A DNA stretch of 64,000 bases, from NCBI GenBank assembly GCA_035221665.1, contig CM069159.1, positions 21,638,001 to 21,702,000 on the forward strand. Reading direction: 5' to 3'. Shown one piece after another: positions 1 to 14,230 of this stretch. A model generated the notes under the pieces. It had not been told where the DNA came from. It did not search any database and saw only the letters and a list, made by a program, of their open reading frames with translations. A program made the translations under genes and the position numbers. The stretch comes from Okamejei kenojei. Its lineage: Eukaryota. Each line of letters begins with the position of its first letter. The first letter of the stretch is position 1.

Positions 1-29
1 AGGAACTATGTCATACTTCAAATGCTCCA

Positions 30-1100
30 TAGTCTGTAGGAGGACCTGGACAGGTTGGAAGAGTGGGCAGTGAAGTGGTAGATGGAATATAGTGTAGCAA
101 AATGTGCAGTCATGCATTTTGGTAGTAGGAATAAAGGCTTATGGGCCTGTCCCACTTACGCAACTTTTTAGGCGACTACAGCAGACCAAAAGATCGTCAC
201 AAGGTGGCCACGTGTTCGCCAGAGGTTACTGGGGAGTCGCCTGCATGGTGGTGAGTAGTCCCTGCAATAGGCAGCTTCATTCTGGTCGCTGCTAATTTTT
301 TGGCGACCAGAATTTTGACAACATGGAGAGTAGCTAGAATTCTCGTGATGTTGGTGCAGTGGTAGTGGGTTGCCAGGAGGTCATAGGTTGTCGCTGGTGC
401 TGACCAGTGAATTTCAATGCCTCATTGGGAAAAAAACATAAACAGTAGTATTCAGAACCAAGGATAACCGACCGGTAATGTTAATGGGAATTAACATTAC
501 AGCCATGTATCTTTTAAAAGTTGTCTCCACTCCTTCTCCCCACCCCGTCTCCCCCCCTTTTAAAAAGGACTTACGTTATCCTTCCTGTACACTGTGCTTT
601 CACCGCCTTAATTACAGCGCCAACTTTCCTGTTCATCGTGGTGTGTGTCTGTATCACATTGGCTTTGCACCGCGTGAATTTCACTCAGACAACGCACACC
701 CCTCTTGCCCTGTCCCCCCGCCTGCATAACTTGCTGGTGAAGGAAGCGATGTGTGTGTTTGTGGTCGACTCTGACGGTCGCCGTTCCAGTCTCCGGTTTT
801 TCAGCGACCTTCTATGACTTGACAGTCGCCGGCAGTTGCCTAAAAAAATCGCCTAAGTGGGACAGGCCCATTAGACTACTTTCTAAATGGGAGAGAATCC
901 AGAAATCGGAGGTGCAAAGGGACTTGGGAGTGCAGGTGCAGGCTTCGCAAAAAGTCGAATTGGTGGTAAGGAAAGCAAATTCAATGCTAGCACTTATTTC
1001 AAGAGGGCTTGTACACAAAAACAGGGATGTAATGCTGAGGCTCTATAAAGTGCTGGTAAGGCCGCATTTGGAATATTGTGAGCAATATTTGACACCATCC
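30..1100 (+). mobile_element. CR1 (HER1-like) LINE ORF2 fragment, split by a MITE
   Basis: QRDLGVQV...VVRKANSMLALISRGLVHKNRDVMLRLYKVLVRPHLEYC is a CR1 RT C-terminal signature; homology resumes after 870. Confidence 0.9.
142..870. mobile_element. Non-autonomous PIF/Harbinger-type MITE, complete
   Basis: TIRs TGGGCCTGTCCCACTTA ... TAAGTGGGACAGGCCCA; 3-bp TSD TTA at 139-141 and 871-873; no transposase. Confidence 0.9.
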
Positions 1101-1788
1101 AATTGATCCATACATATATCTGTCCACAAATATGTCAAAAGCAACAACGTTTCTCTTTAGAACCCCAATGGGATTTAAGGAACAGCTCCATGCAACACGT
1201 TTAGTTAAATGGCTGAATAGAATGGCTTGAATTGCACTTGTGTACATATAGTAATCAAGAAATATATATTTCTACATTTGGAATGCAAGTAGTTAATATT
1301 GTTATGAAAACTTTTAGTGAAAGAATACAAAATAGCAGGCCAATATGATCTCAGGTCAGTCAATCAGCAGAATCCATTCACACCATTTAATGTAACTTAA
1401 ATAACTCAAAGCCTTTCATCGATGTGTTGGAATGAGTGTGATGGAACAATATGGCCACTGATTGGGTGGAGATGCCAGATGCGACATTTACACAGTACTA
1501 ACGAATTTTATTGACCATGTCCCCAAAGATAGATATGAATTCAGCCATTCAGCCTAGTCATTCTGTTAACCCCAGAGAATACTACAACAAATTATTCCTA
1601 CAATCATATTATTACTCACAGCTTATATACATTTTCAAAAAGTTGCTGAAAAATATAATCAACAAAATATCATGTTTAGAAATGCTTCATTTAGCAATCA
1701 CTTTTTTAAATGTTCCAATTTATATTGTTATTATATATATAAATTGTTATCTTAACACAGGTTCAATACCTGACACACAGCTTTAATT

Positions 1789-1910
1789 TGTGTAGGAAAG
1801 AACTGCAGATGCTGGTTTCAATCACAGATAGACACAAAATACTGGAGTAACTCAGCGGGACAGGCAGCATCTCTGGAGAGAAGGAATGGGTGACATTTCG
1901 GGTAGAGACA
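1789..1910 (-). repeat. Penelope-derived short repeat (pseudo-LTR half copy)
   Basis: GGAGTAACTCAGCGGGACAGGCAGCATCTCTGGAGAGAAGGAATGGGTGAC motif; the same family lies at the 3' end of the GIY-YIG element at 57500. Confidence 0.8.
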
Positions 1911-3004
1911 CAGCTTTAATTTCTCTACTTTGCTGAATTTGACAACAATAATGTTCTTTTGGAATTTCTCCTCCTTCAAATATGATGTTAATGAAATTAT
2001 ATCTGCACTCTGTGGCATTCCTCTGTTCAAATTAAGAAATATTACCCATTTCCAATTCATTTTCCTAATGTTTTCAAGGGGTATGCATATCCCCACAGAA
2101 TTAGTAACATTCCCCGTATTGAGTGGTACAAATTCTTGTTTCCCATCTACATGCAAGTGCGTGTGCATGTTCCACAACGCTCTGAACAGCAAAGGTGGAC
2201 GCCACAAACTCCTACATTGCTACATTATGGTGAGGAATGACTTTTTTTTTTAATGTCACCTCAGGCAAGAGCTGGCTCAGAGTCAGTAATGACATACCAA
2301 CTCTTTGAGAACAACTTTTGAAGCCCAAAGGTATATTTGGCAACTTATTGTTTTGAATTAATTGTGTTAATTTAATTGTTTCTTGAATGTTTTCACAAAC
2401 ATTTTTAAAAATAAAATCTTTTAAATATTTGATTAATTTTTCATTGCTTTGATTGCTTTTGAAATATTTGTTTGCGATCACGGACAAATTGAAAGATTGG
2501 ACAGCTGTCAGTATTTTTCAGCTGCTTTGTTCTGAGAGCATTTATTTACATGAGCACCTTGGGCCTTGACATTTAGGATCAGGATGGCATTGATCAAGAA
2601 GTCGACACTAACACATCTGCAAAATTGTGCCTACTACCTAGGCCAATAATCAGTCTCGTGGTGGGAAATTCTGCTCTATTCATTCGAGAATCTTGAAAAT
2701 AAACTTTTATTCCCCTCAAATATTATTTCCTCTTGAAATGCAAAACCAATTAAAACTAATTGGAAATCAGAGCCATAAATCACTTTGAAAACACAAGAGA
2801 CTTTTGCTGGAATCTTTAGCAAAAAAACAAACCGCTGGAGGAACTTTCATCAGTCTGAAGATGGGTCCCTGCCCAAAACATTGTTTGTCTATTTCCCTCC
2901 ACTGACTCATCCAGCAGTTAGCTTCTTGCTCATAAATCTTCCTATCACATTTTTACTTTGGTTCAATCCCACGATATACAATCTTGATAATTAGTTTTTT
3001 TGGT

Positions 3005-3310
3005 TTAATTTTGAGATACAGCATGGAAATAAACCCTTCAGCCTATCGAGTCCACGTCGATGATCAATCACCCGTTGATGCTAGTTATCCCAATTTTCCC
3101 ATTCACTTCCTATACACCTGGGGCAATTTACATAGGCCAATTAACCTAAAAATCCACACATTTTTGGTTTGTAGGAGGAAACTGGAGCTTCCAGAGAAAA
3201 CCCACGTTGTCACATGGAAAACGTGCAAACTCTATAAAGACAGTCCCAAGGTCCGGATCAAACCTGGGTCTCTGGCACTCACAGCCGCTCTATCAGCTGT
3301 GTCACTATGC
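3005..3310 (-). mobile_element. tRNA-derived V-SINE (HE1-like), degenerate
   Basis: Reverse complement of the V-domain (GGAGGAAACTGGAG...TGCAAACTC) plus a CR1-like tail. Confidence 0.75.
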
Positions 3311-4359
3311 CCCTCAAACTCTGTGTTTGGATTTTAATCCCTCACTTAGCCATTTCTATTTAATAATTAAACCATTTGTTAATAGAGTAAAAACACTAAT
3401 TTCAGTGTAAATGATTATCTGTAATCTTGGAGCCTGATAAAAAAACGAGGCTTTTACTACAGAAAATGTGATTTGTGACTACTCAATGTGATTTTCAATG
3501 TATGAAGTAGTTTCCATAAATTGAAGCAATTTGAAATAAGAAGCAATCTCATCAACCTTTCATGTGGAGAATAACACCCGATAACTTTGAACAATGTAAG
3601 ATGTGGCTCTGTACATTTAAAGGCATAAATAGATCAGTATTACCCAGACAACTCCAGTACACTGCTATCAAGGAAGCTGAAAACACTAAATGTGTTACTG
3701 TTCAGCAAACAAACCAAGTATGACAAAAACAAATCCTGCAACAACATTTTCCTTGCAACATGTCTGAATAACGTTATAGAAAAACAAAACAAAATAAGCT
3801 TGGTAGATAGTGGAGTTTTCTGTGATTAAGCACCTTGGAGAGCTCCCTGTATGCTTATCAAATTATCACATGTTTATCTGCGCAGGCACAATCAAAGATA
3901 CTAGAGGAGTATCTTTGGGCACAATGTCTTTCTTTATTTCCAGAAATTTTATTGGACAATGTTTTTGGGGGGAAAGGTGAAGAGAAAATACGTACAGAGC
4001 CACATCTTAAATTGTACATTACTTTTAAACAGCAAACGTTTTACACAAGGATCAAACCAAATTGAATTAAACTGATTCCTTGCATTTATTTAGGAAAACT
4101 TCTTCACCCAAAGAGAGGTGAACCAATGGAATTTTAATTGTAATGCATCCATCAAACTTTTGTTTTTAATTTCATGGGTACCTTTATTTTTTTTCTTGTG
4201 AGTTAGATTTACAGAATTTCTAAAATGTCAAAACATGAAGTGAATTAATAAATAAAAAGAGAATATTTTAAAAATACTCAGCAAGACAGGTTGAAAAGAA
4301 AACAAATAACATTTTAGATCAGAATTAACGGTCTTCTACATGAAACTTTTCTCTAATGA

Positions 4360-4830
4360 ATAGTCCTAACCTGCCCAACCTCTCCCAAAAACTCATGCTC
4401 TCGTGTCCTAACAACATGCTTGTAAATCTGCCCAGCACATTTTCCAGATTAATGGACCAAAAATTAACACTGTTGTCCAAGTTTGGGCCCTCATCAATGT
4501 CTTGCACAACTGTAATGTAACGTGTCAACTTCTATATTCAATTCTCTGACAAAGGCCAACATGCCAAAAGCCTTCTTTACCACTATATTTACCTGCAACA
4601 CCACTTTTTGGGAACTATGTACTTATATGCCTAGATCCCTCTGCTCAACAACACTCCCAGGGCCCTTCCTTTCATTGTGAAGTTCCCACCATGGTTTGAC
4701 TTCCCAAAATGCAAAACCTCACATTTACCTGACTCCATTAGCCATTCTACAATCCACTTGCCCAGCTGATCAAGATCCTGGTGTAATTAATTATTGATAA
4801 CCATCTTCACTATCTACTTATTTTAGTGTC
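4360..4830 (-). mobile_element. CR1 LINE fragment
   Basis: Similar to the CR1 copy at 28380-28860 (CCTAGATCCCTCTGCTC, GATCAAGATCCTG). Confidence 0.8.
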
Positions 4831-5284
4831 ATTGTTCAAAGACTATATAATTAATCAATAATCTGAATTGTATTTTTGAATTATCAATAGACAGCTGTGC
4901 AACTTGACCAGAGATTAAAAATTACACTAACAATTACACTAAAATTTCCTATCACAATGTGCTTCTTAGCATAACTATCTGATACCTCACAGGTTGAATA
5001 TGATGACATTTAAGAATCTACTGTCAAGAATGAGAGAATTAAAACTTGATTTTAGTTATGTTGCTCTCCTTTTGTTCTGTGCATTAAAAACGCTCCTGAG
5101 GTGGCCCAAATAAATTAACCTCTCATCTTTCTCATGAGCATCAAAGACAATATATGTTGTCTTAATTCTTGTGTCGTGTTACAATATATTCAATAATAAA
5201 CAGAAAATTTGATAAGTTATAACACACATACTTCCTCTCTCAATAGCACTGAGAAAAATTATTTGCACAGAAAAAGTAGGTGAA

Positions 5285-5535
5285 AGAGTTTTAGATGTAC
5301 AGCATGGAAGTAGGCCCTTCAGCCCACTAAATCCACGCTCATCATCCATCACCCGTTCACACTATATCTGTGTTACCCCACTTTCTCCACCACTCCCGAA
5401 ACATTCAGGGCAATTTGTAGAATATAATTAACCCACAAATCTTTGGGATGGCGGAGGAAACCGGCACACCCAGAGGAAACGGACGGGGTCACAGGGAGAC
5501 ATGCAAACTCCACACATACTGCACCTGTGGTCAGC
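5285..5535 (-). mobile_element. V-SINE (HE1-like)
   Basis: GGAGGAAACCGGCACACCCAGAGGAAAC...GTCACAGGGAGACATGCAAACTCCACAC is the V-domain reverse complement. Confidence 0.8.
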
Positions 5536-6274
5536 GGTTAAAATTGAGAATCACAGTATTTCCGTCAACATACACATTTCAGAAACAATAAGTTCTTTGA
5601 TGTATTTGGAGGCTAAGTTCCTTAAATGACTAAATAAATGCAAAGTTACATAAATGGTATAACATTTTCAAGAACCAAACCAAGAGAAATGAAGCAATAT
5701 TGCACTATTCACTCTGACCAGGATGTGTTAAATGTATTCCTCTTTTGCATTATTTTATTGTTACTGCCAACAATATAGACAGATGTAAAGTTTCATAATA
5801 TCAAATTATACCTGGCACAACCAATGTGTTCTATTTTCCTGTTTTAAACTCTTGAGCAACAACTTTCTGAAATCACTAACATTAAATTAATGGAAATTGG
5901 GCGTCTACTTACTACATGCATTTTCCGTGGTATTTGAAATATCCACAGCACATTTGGACAATGAAATAGGATTTATACCAGTCTGGCTTTCTCAAGAATA
6001 CTTGCACATCAACAAACAATGGCAGCCTAATTTATTACATAAATATTTCTGATACAAACTACCAATGCTGCATTAAAGTAGAATTCATTATAAAATTATT
6101 TGATTGATGACAAACATCATTAAGAATCATCTTGCAAATAGACAGTATATTACATAGAACGTCCAACTACTCTCCACAAACAAAGAAGGGTGTCCACGGA
6201 GTTACCAAGCTCTTTACAAATTCCTGTTGTAATACAACTGAAATGTTTCAGTTGAAGTCATGAGTAGGAAGTCC

Positions 6275-6940
6275 CTGTGCTCGCCAATTTAACTCCACTT
6301 CCCATTCCATACTGATCTTTCTGCCTTTAGCCTCCTCCACTGTCAGAGTGTGGCCAGACATAAACTGGAAGAACCGCACCTCACATTCCACGGGTAGCCT
6401 GCAACCCAATGGCATAAACATTGAATTCTCCAATTTCAAGTAAAACATCCTGATCTCCTTCTCATACTCACCCCCACCCCCCAGTGCACACACATTTTGC
6501 CCACTACACTCATCGCCATGTTCCTTTTCCCTCCTCCTTCTGCTCATCTTCCACCTCCCTACCCCCATTTTCCTTTCAACCCCCTCTTTCCCTCTCCATC
6601 CATTTCCACCTGTATCCCTCCCTTCGGCTTTACATTTCATTCCTGCTCTTCCTTCCTTATCTTACGCTCTTTTATTTCCATTTCTCCTTTAGCCTTTGTC
6701 ACTATCACTAACCATCTGACAAACACCCCTCCTCAAATGTATCTATCACTTGCAAGTTTTTGACCCACCCCTAATATCTTTTTACAAGTTTTTTCTCCAC
6801 TACTCCATCAGTCTGAAGAAGGGTCTCAATCCAAAACGTGTCAGCCCATTTCTTTACACAGATGATGCGTGATCTGCTGAGTTCCTCCAGCACTTTATAC
6901 TTTGTTCATGATCTGCAAGGTAACAGTTCCAAGTTTCCAT
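6275..6940 (+). mobile_element. Penelope-like element 3' end, degenerate
   Basis: HFNSTSHS...KLEEPHLTF..GSLQPNGINIEFSNFK remnant, a C/T-rich UTR, and a CTGAAGAAGGGTCTC terminal repeat, arranged as at 57100-57600. Confidence 0.8.
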
Positions 6941-9900
6941 TACCACACTGCAGCAAAATAATCTATTCAGTTTGGTTCATTTGAGAGTGGAAGGGTTAAA
7001 GGAAAAAAAAACACATGCCCTTGTGAATGACCCAATTCCCAGAATTTGCTCTGGAGTCTTCAATCCAAGGTGAAAACAGTATTCCACTACCAATGTAGCA
7101 CTATGTCTAACATAACGTATGATATGTTTATTTGTCATGTATTTTATGTGCCAGTAAAGCCTCAGCAAGCGTGAATTTCTCATACACATATAATTTGTAC
7201 TGTAAACAATCACTTCATAGTTAACATAAATTGTGCCAGACAATTTTAAGTCAATATTTTTTCAGATCTTAATAATATTAAGAAATTCTAAAAATTAATT
7301 GCAGTTTAAAATAAACATTTGCAGGATTAGAACTGTTTATCCTAGAAGCTGTTGCGACAAGTAAAACATTCTCTTTCATTCCTGAGCTGCGATAAATAAT
7401 ACAATGCACGTTAAACTAAAAAGACTATTTGAAAGAGTACAAAGGCAGTTCTCTGGGCTATTACTCCTAATAATCTTGAGTTGGGCTCATAATGGCTTTT
7501 CATGAGAAGTACTCTCATTGCCAACAACTTGTGGTAGCTCTTGAATAAAAAACAATGAAGTCATGTATTCACTATCTACTGAACTAAATATGTCAGCATC
7601 TTAACTGGAGCACAGGGAAATCTGAATATTTTTAAACTGCTAAATCTGGATTAGTTTACTATGTTAACCCTGTGTAAACATCTGATAGGCAAACAGAAAG
7701 ACGTGTAAACAGAAAGACGTGTAGTTCAATTTAAACAGGAATACAATACTGTTGATTTTATACGTTAAACTTGGTACACTTTCCAAATATTTGATAATTC
7801 ATATTTATGTTTAGTATTTTGCCCAATAATGAGAAGCAAGTGCAGGCTACACTCTACTGTTCACATGTAAAGATGGCACCTGCCAGGTAAAAACATGCTC
7901 TCACATATGTGGGCTTGGGTCAAGACACGTTGTTCACTATTTCTTCCTCGCTCTTTACCCCCTATTGGGAACCTTCCATTGGGTTGAGGATTGTGACCCA
8001 AATGTGCAGTGGTTTAGTTTAGTTTATTATTATTGTTACGTGTACTAAGATATAGTGAAAAGCTTTTCTTTATGTGCTATCCAGTCAACAAAATGAAAAG
8101 GGTGAAAGGGCTCAGGAATGTGGTTAGGTGTACGGCCAGGATCATGGAGGGGTGGGGGGGGGGGGGGTCAAGAGAGGGGGGAGCAGAAGATTTTGATTCT
8201 GTCCATGCAGCAGAAGATTTTATTTTGGCGCCCAAATCATAGTCATAAAATTATACAGCATGGAAACTGGCGGTGGAACCATGTACCTACGCCCCTAGAT
8301 CTCTCTGTCCTGCATAAACTTGTGATGTGTCAAATCTAGGGCACAAATGCATTCATTGTTAAAGATACTTGCTAACTTAATCACAATTGGTCAGATATTG
8401 TTTTACTAATATCTTTTCAGTTAACTCCACCGAGAGAGCAACAATACTTAGGTACATCAATATTGTCTATATTTTCTTAAAACATAGGCCATTCCCCTAC
8501 ATGTTTTCCCTGTAATGCTCCCTCCATTGAATGACATGACTCCCCCCAAGAATTTACCTGATTACACATTCCCCAAAGTGATAAGAACTGGATAAGATGC
8601 AAGCACAATAAATACGCAACACATGCTTCCCTCCTATGCAAGCAGTTGAATTGAAATGGTGATTCAAGGCAAAGCAAATATTTTTGTATCTTCATGTGGT
8701 GAATAATTAGATTGAAAGTCTATACTTACAACTGTATTAAGTTAAAATGTTTACAACAACAACTTCCTGGAGTGGGGTATGACAAACAGAAACATTCTGC
8801 AAAGCAGGTAAATTTTGTCAGCAACGAAAAATTAATTGCAGATTTATTGAGCAGACAGAGCTGCACTTTTGTACCAACATTGCAATTTCTGCATGTTGCA
8901 GATTTGACAAACAAATCTTAGATTAGGTATTTCCATTCCATACTTTGGGCTGTTACATTTCAACACCACAATGTATGACTTTACAATGAGGTTTACAATT
9001 TATTTTGTCTAACTGACAATGCAACTTGAATGGATAAGGCATTGTGGATTTCCAGCATCTGACATCATTCATGTTCCATATTTTCTGGTACTCTGCTCAA
9101 ATTCAACTTGGTATACAATCCTATACACATTATACATCGTTAGGTTTGATTCACAGATGCCAACTCATTCATTTGTGCCATTGTCAAGTTGGGAACACTT
9201 CCTGCTCTACTTTTGTCATGCTTTCCACAAAAGTATATGCCTACATACTTTTGCTTTCCCCTTCACCACAGATCCAAAAAATCTGTTCACATAGATGGGA
9301 AGAAATGTTGGCATAGCCCAGAATCAAATGACACAATACAGTATGCCAGCTCTTAGACCAAATTCCTATGGTGTCTAATTCTAACATGCAAAAGGAGCCG
9401 ATTTTGAGTGGATGCATTTGTTCTTGGAACCAGTTCTTGGAACAATAGATATTAAAACCTCAGATTGAGAAATATCATTATGACCTTTGTTCAAATTTGA
9501 ACTGCATCAATTTGAATTCCTCCTCATTTTGTCTGTCTCCGAATTCCACCTTGTTAGTAAATTGTTGTAAAACTGTAATTCCCACTCCCTCATATAAAAA
9601 AGGAAATTGCATCTTATGAAATATTACCTTCCCGGTCCTAATCCTTTGAACAGCTTCCAGGAGTACTTTACACAGATTTGGCTCACTATTACAGAAACAG
9701 AAATCCATTGTTGTAGCTGCAAAGTAAAATGCTTTAAATGTGCAGAATGCTGCCAGTTTGACAATGGACGTACAATATTGGAAACACATTTTGAAACATT
9801 GCTATTATGTGGCACTGTAGTACTTCCGACACAACTGACCAATTTTAAGGAAACAATCTGGCAGCCAATCCCACAATAAATGCACTATTCATTAGACTCA

Positions 9901-10668
9901 ACGTTAGTATTTTTGTCTGAAAAAGTCTGGTGCCAAGTATTAGTGCACAGTTTAATCTCTGAAGAATGGAAAACAGCTGATAAGCACTTCTTGCTGTTCA
10001 ATGCACATCAATTGATTACAACCCTGGCTTGAAAGGAAAGGGACACCGGAAACCAAATACATGTGTCAGGACTGCATTTGTTCATTTTAATCATGGCTCA
10101 CAATAACAATTTCTGTCAAATCATGATCACTCTACTCAGATCTCAAAAATTTCAACTCTGCTTCTATTCGGACAACTGTGGATGCATTTATGAACCACAA
10201 ATATAAAGTGAATCAACTCCAGCAGTGCAAATCATTTAGCAGCTCCATTAACAATTCAATATAAAGTTTCCTTTAAAACAGCTTTTGTAGGTGAATGTCC
10301 TTCACTTCTGGAACAAGGATTCAATGCAACGCAAGTTAACGAGGTGAAAATCCTCTGTCTATATTTATCACAAGATTGCGAATAAATGGAATGTCTCAAT
10401 CAGCTTTAAAGCGAGGGAGTGAAGAGGTGACCATTATAAGGAGGGAGCAAAGTACACAACATAACATTTTTCTATTATTAAGGATCACTTTACAATTTGA
10501 TTAGAAGAAGACAATGATATTTTTCTTTGTGACAGTGAAACGGCACTGGTGGCGTAGGCAATGACGCGCAGCGTCCCAGGATTTTGGGATTCACAAAATG
10601 GAATGCTTGCATAACTGAAAAGCCAAGTTTTATTGTGCATCCTCAACTGACCTGAGATGGCAGTGGTA

Positions 10669-10800
10669 GTCTGAAGAAGGGTCACGGCCGGTAACATCAC
10701 CCATTCCTTCTCTCCAGAGATGCTGCCTGTCCCGCTGAGTTACTTCAGCATTTTGTGTCTATCTTCGATTTAAACAAGCATCTGCAGTTCTTTTCTACAC
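10669..10800 (+). repeat. Penelope-derived short repeat
   Basis: GTCTGAAGAAGGGTC...CCATTCCTTCTCTCCAGAGATGCTGCCTGTCCCGCTGAGTTAC. Confidence 0.8.
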
Positions 10801-12745
10801 ATGGCAGTGGTAGGCTGTCTCCTAAAATTAATGAAGTCTTTCTAGTGAACTTACTCTCACAAGGAATTCCAGAACACATTTCCAAGTCATGGTGGTCGGC
10901 AAATTGCCAGTAACCTGCCAGTCATGTTGTTTGAATGTGCTTGCTGCCCTTGTCCTTCATGGTGGTAGAGGTCATGTGATGTCATAACTGCTATGGAAGT
11001 AGATTTGGTGGGTAACTGTGTACATTTTGTAGAGAGCACACAATGGAAAGAATAAATAGGAATGACGGAGGAGGTGCTGATTATGCAGGCCACATTTCCT
11101 TGAATGGCATCAAGCTTCTCGAGTATTGAGCAAGCAAGCAGACAACACTGCATCAAAACAGTTTGCTGGAGGAACATGGCAGGTCAGGCAGCATCTGTGG
11201 AGGGAAATGCACGGATGACATTGAGATAATGGTTGGTAAAGCATAAGGGATCCTGAGCTTCAAAAACAAAAAAATAAAAAAGCCTTATCTGGAGCATTAA
11301 CCAACACTGGTCACTGCATTCAGAAGAATGTAAGACCCTCGACAAACTGTAGACAATATTTACTAGAATTGGTCCATGGATGAGAATAGACCACAGAATT
11401 TGGGGTTGCTCTCCTTGGAACAGAGAAGACTGAGAGAAGATTTGATAGCAATGTTCAAGATCTCTTTTAGCTGAATTGAGAGATAGAGTCCAAATTAAAA
11501 GATGATTTGAGAACCGGAAACAAATTAAAAGTATTTGGCAAAAAAAATGCTAAGAGTTAGTTTGGGCAACAACACCTTCAAGTTTAGTGTTGGAACAGAA
11601 TTGCTTCCAATGTCACAAGAAAGTACCCCTTGTTCTAGTTACCCTAAACATTTGCAGATGAACAGTTAATACATTGTGCTTGATTTCTATTACACTAAAC
11701 ACACTGGACGGCTGCAGAGATACTGTTTCTAATCCATCCTGGGGAAAATGATTGCTGGTTGGCTCACCGCTCTGCAGATGTTGATCTAATTAATTTCCAT
11801 TAAACATTCAAGCCAGTCACATGCGAATACACGGGGATGCCTTAAACTGCTACCCAGTACCAATCCATTCCCACTTGACAGCACAAACTGTTATTTTTGT
11901 TTCCATTGCTAGTACAGTATGTTACTCATCACTGACATTTTCTGACTCAAAAATAATCTGCCCACATTCAGGGTGTAAGGAAAATTGACAAATGTCAAAT
12001 ATGCACACACGGCTGAACAGGCAACATGATTGCAAAAATCTTGAAATAAGATCTATTTACCATAATTACTATAAACTAGATAATGTTACTTCATTTGCTG
12101 TAAATATTGACTGCAGTAGTGATATTATCTGCCATTCAGCCTTTTGTTGCTGTGTTATATGGAAAAATAATTGGGAGGAAACTACTTTTGAATTGTGGAC
12201 ACAAAAGACTGCAGATACTGGAAACTTGAGCAAAAAACAAATTAACCAATGAACCCGGTCAAGCAGCAAGAAACCAAATGCAAATTGGAAGATTGCTTAG
12301 CAGAATGCCTCCAGTCTTCAAGAGAGCCTTTCAAGTTTCTGTCACTTTAATGCAACATCCCACTCACATTGACCTCTGTTTTGCCCTTCAAAATTGCACC
12401 AACATGCCCAAAGTTAGCTTGAAGAATAGCATCTCAATTCCTATTTAGGCAAGTTACTCTTGGAACATAATACTAAAAAAGTTAACAATTTTACTTTGGC
12501 TCCCTTCCTCTCCACGCCCCCTCCTCCCACAGATGAAGCTATACCTTTCCATTTCAATTTCTTTCTTTTTTTTCTCTTCCATTTCTACAACTGATTTATA
12601 GGTAATTAACACTTTTTACACACCCTGTGAAAGACATTCCCCTCTATTCTCTCCACTTCTCCCCTTCTCAATAACTTAAAGACACATTCTCTCTTTTTGA
12701 TTGATTTGAATGGACCTTGTTCTGAAATTTGACTGTTTCCCCTTG

Positions 12746-12956
12746 GATACTCACGAAAAGCTGGAGTAACTCAGCGGGACAGGCAGTATCTCTGGAGAGA
12801 AGGAATGGGTGACGTTTCGGGTCGAGGCCCCTCTTCAGCGCCTCAACCCGAAACGTCACCCATTCCTCTCCAGAGATGCTGCCTGTCCCGCTGAGTTACT
12901 CCAGCTTTTTGTGTCTATCTTTGGTTTAAACCAGCATTCTGCAGTTCCTTTCTATA
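12746..12956. repeat. Foldback pair of Penelope-derived repeats (about 80-bp arms)
   Basis: 12746-12828 is a near-perfect reverse complement of 12841-12919. Confidence 0.9.
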
Positions 12957-13767
12957 CGTTCCCCATGGATACAGCCTGATTCTCCTGTTTCCATTCCATC
13001 CGAATTAGTGGAGTCACAATTAATACCCTGGTTTCCTACACCAGCAGCTTTCTCCCTGGGGTCTTCATATTTCTGAGCTGTGCAGCCCTTTAGCAACATC
13101 CTCTGAAAACAACCCATTAGTTTCCATATATGCTGCAGTAACATCCTAGTTGCAGCTCACCACAACCTCTCTTGACCCCTGCAATGTCCATAACTTGCCA
13201 GAATGTTTGAGTGGACAAGCAGATTCCAAGATTCCAACACAAATATTCCGGCATCAAATATTAGGAAATCCAAGCCACAAACTCCTTTCGCTAGCTACTA
13301 ACTCCATCCTTCTTCCTGACAGCTGTTTGAAGTTGAACCAGAGTCAATTGGCATGCTTGACCACAAATCCACGTCATCACATAAACCTCCTGTTTTCACT
13401 TCAGTGAAATCATATGTAAGTGCCTTGAGTCAGCTCATGGTCTCCTGAAAATCTCATTCAAGCAGGCTTCCTTGCTGGTTTACTCTCCGTCAAATTACTG
13501 CAATAGTCAGCTCCAACTATAGCTATCAAGATCAAATTCACCTATCTAGAATTTCCTCCTAAAATCAATCCATCTCTCTGACACATTTTCCCCTTTTAAG
13601 AAATTCTTCAAAACCTCTCTCACCGAGCAAATTTTTGGTGATTTTCTCTTATGTTTACTGTTACAGCAAAACTAGAATAACATTACATCTTATTAAAAGC
13701 TAATTATATATTGGACCAAAGCATAGCCGAATAGATTCTTAAGTACCAATTTGCTAACAGGAACGCA

Positions 13768-14230
13768 GTCATACAGCACGGAAACAGGCCCTTAGGCCCA
13801 ACTTGTCCATGCTGACTAAGGTGACCCATCTAAGCTAGTCCCATTTGCCTGCATTTGGCCTATATCCCTCTAAACATTTCCTATCCATGTACCTGTCCAA
13901 ATGCCTTTTAAATGTTGTTATCGTCCCATGCGATCTACCTTCATACTTCTTAGGACGTCCAGCACCTCCTCAGCTATAATTCTGCTCCAGGGCTCAAGAT
14001 ATCTCTATAAACTTTCCCAAGTTCCCTCATCTTCGTGTCTTTCTCCACAGTAAAAACAGAGGAGAAATTTTTGTTAAAGATTCTGCCCATCTCCTGCAGC
14101 CCCACACATAGGTTTCTGTGCGAGCCTATTCTCTTTCTAGTTACCCTTTTTCTGTTAATATACTTATACAGTCTCTTTGGATTCTTCTTAAAGTTAGTTG
14201 CCAGAGCAGATCCTCATCTATACCCGTTTA
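13768..14230 (-). mobile_element. CR1 LINE fragments (3' tail plus internal piece)
   Basis: GTCATACAGCACGGAAACAGGCCC tail; internal segment similar to 29600-29730. Confidence 0.75.

Noticed and set aside
9628-9685. Minus-strand 58-nt exon-like segment (TAG|...AAG|GTAATA)
   Set aside because: It would frameshift GRAMD1B, and the phase-compatible frame has no ATG; a non-coding exon cannot be supported without RNA data.
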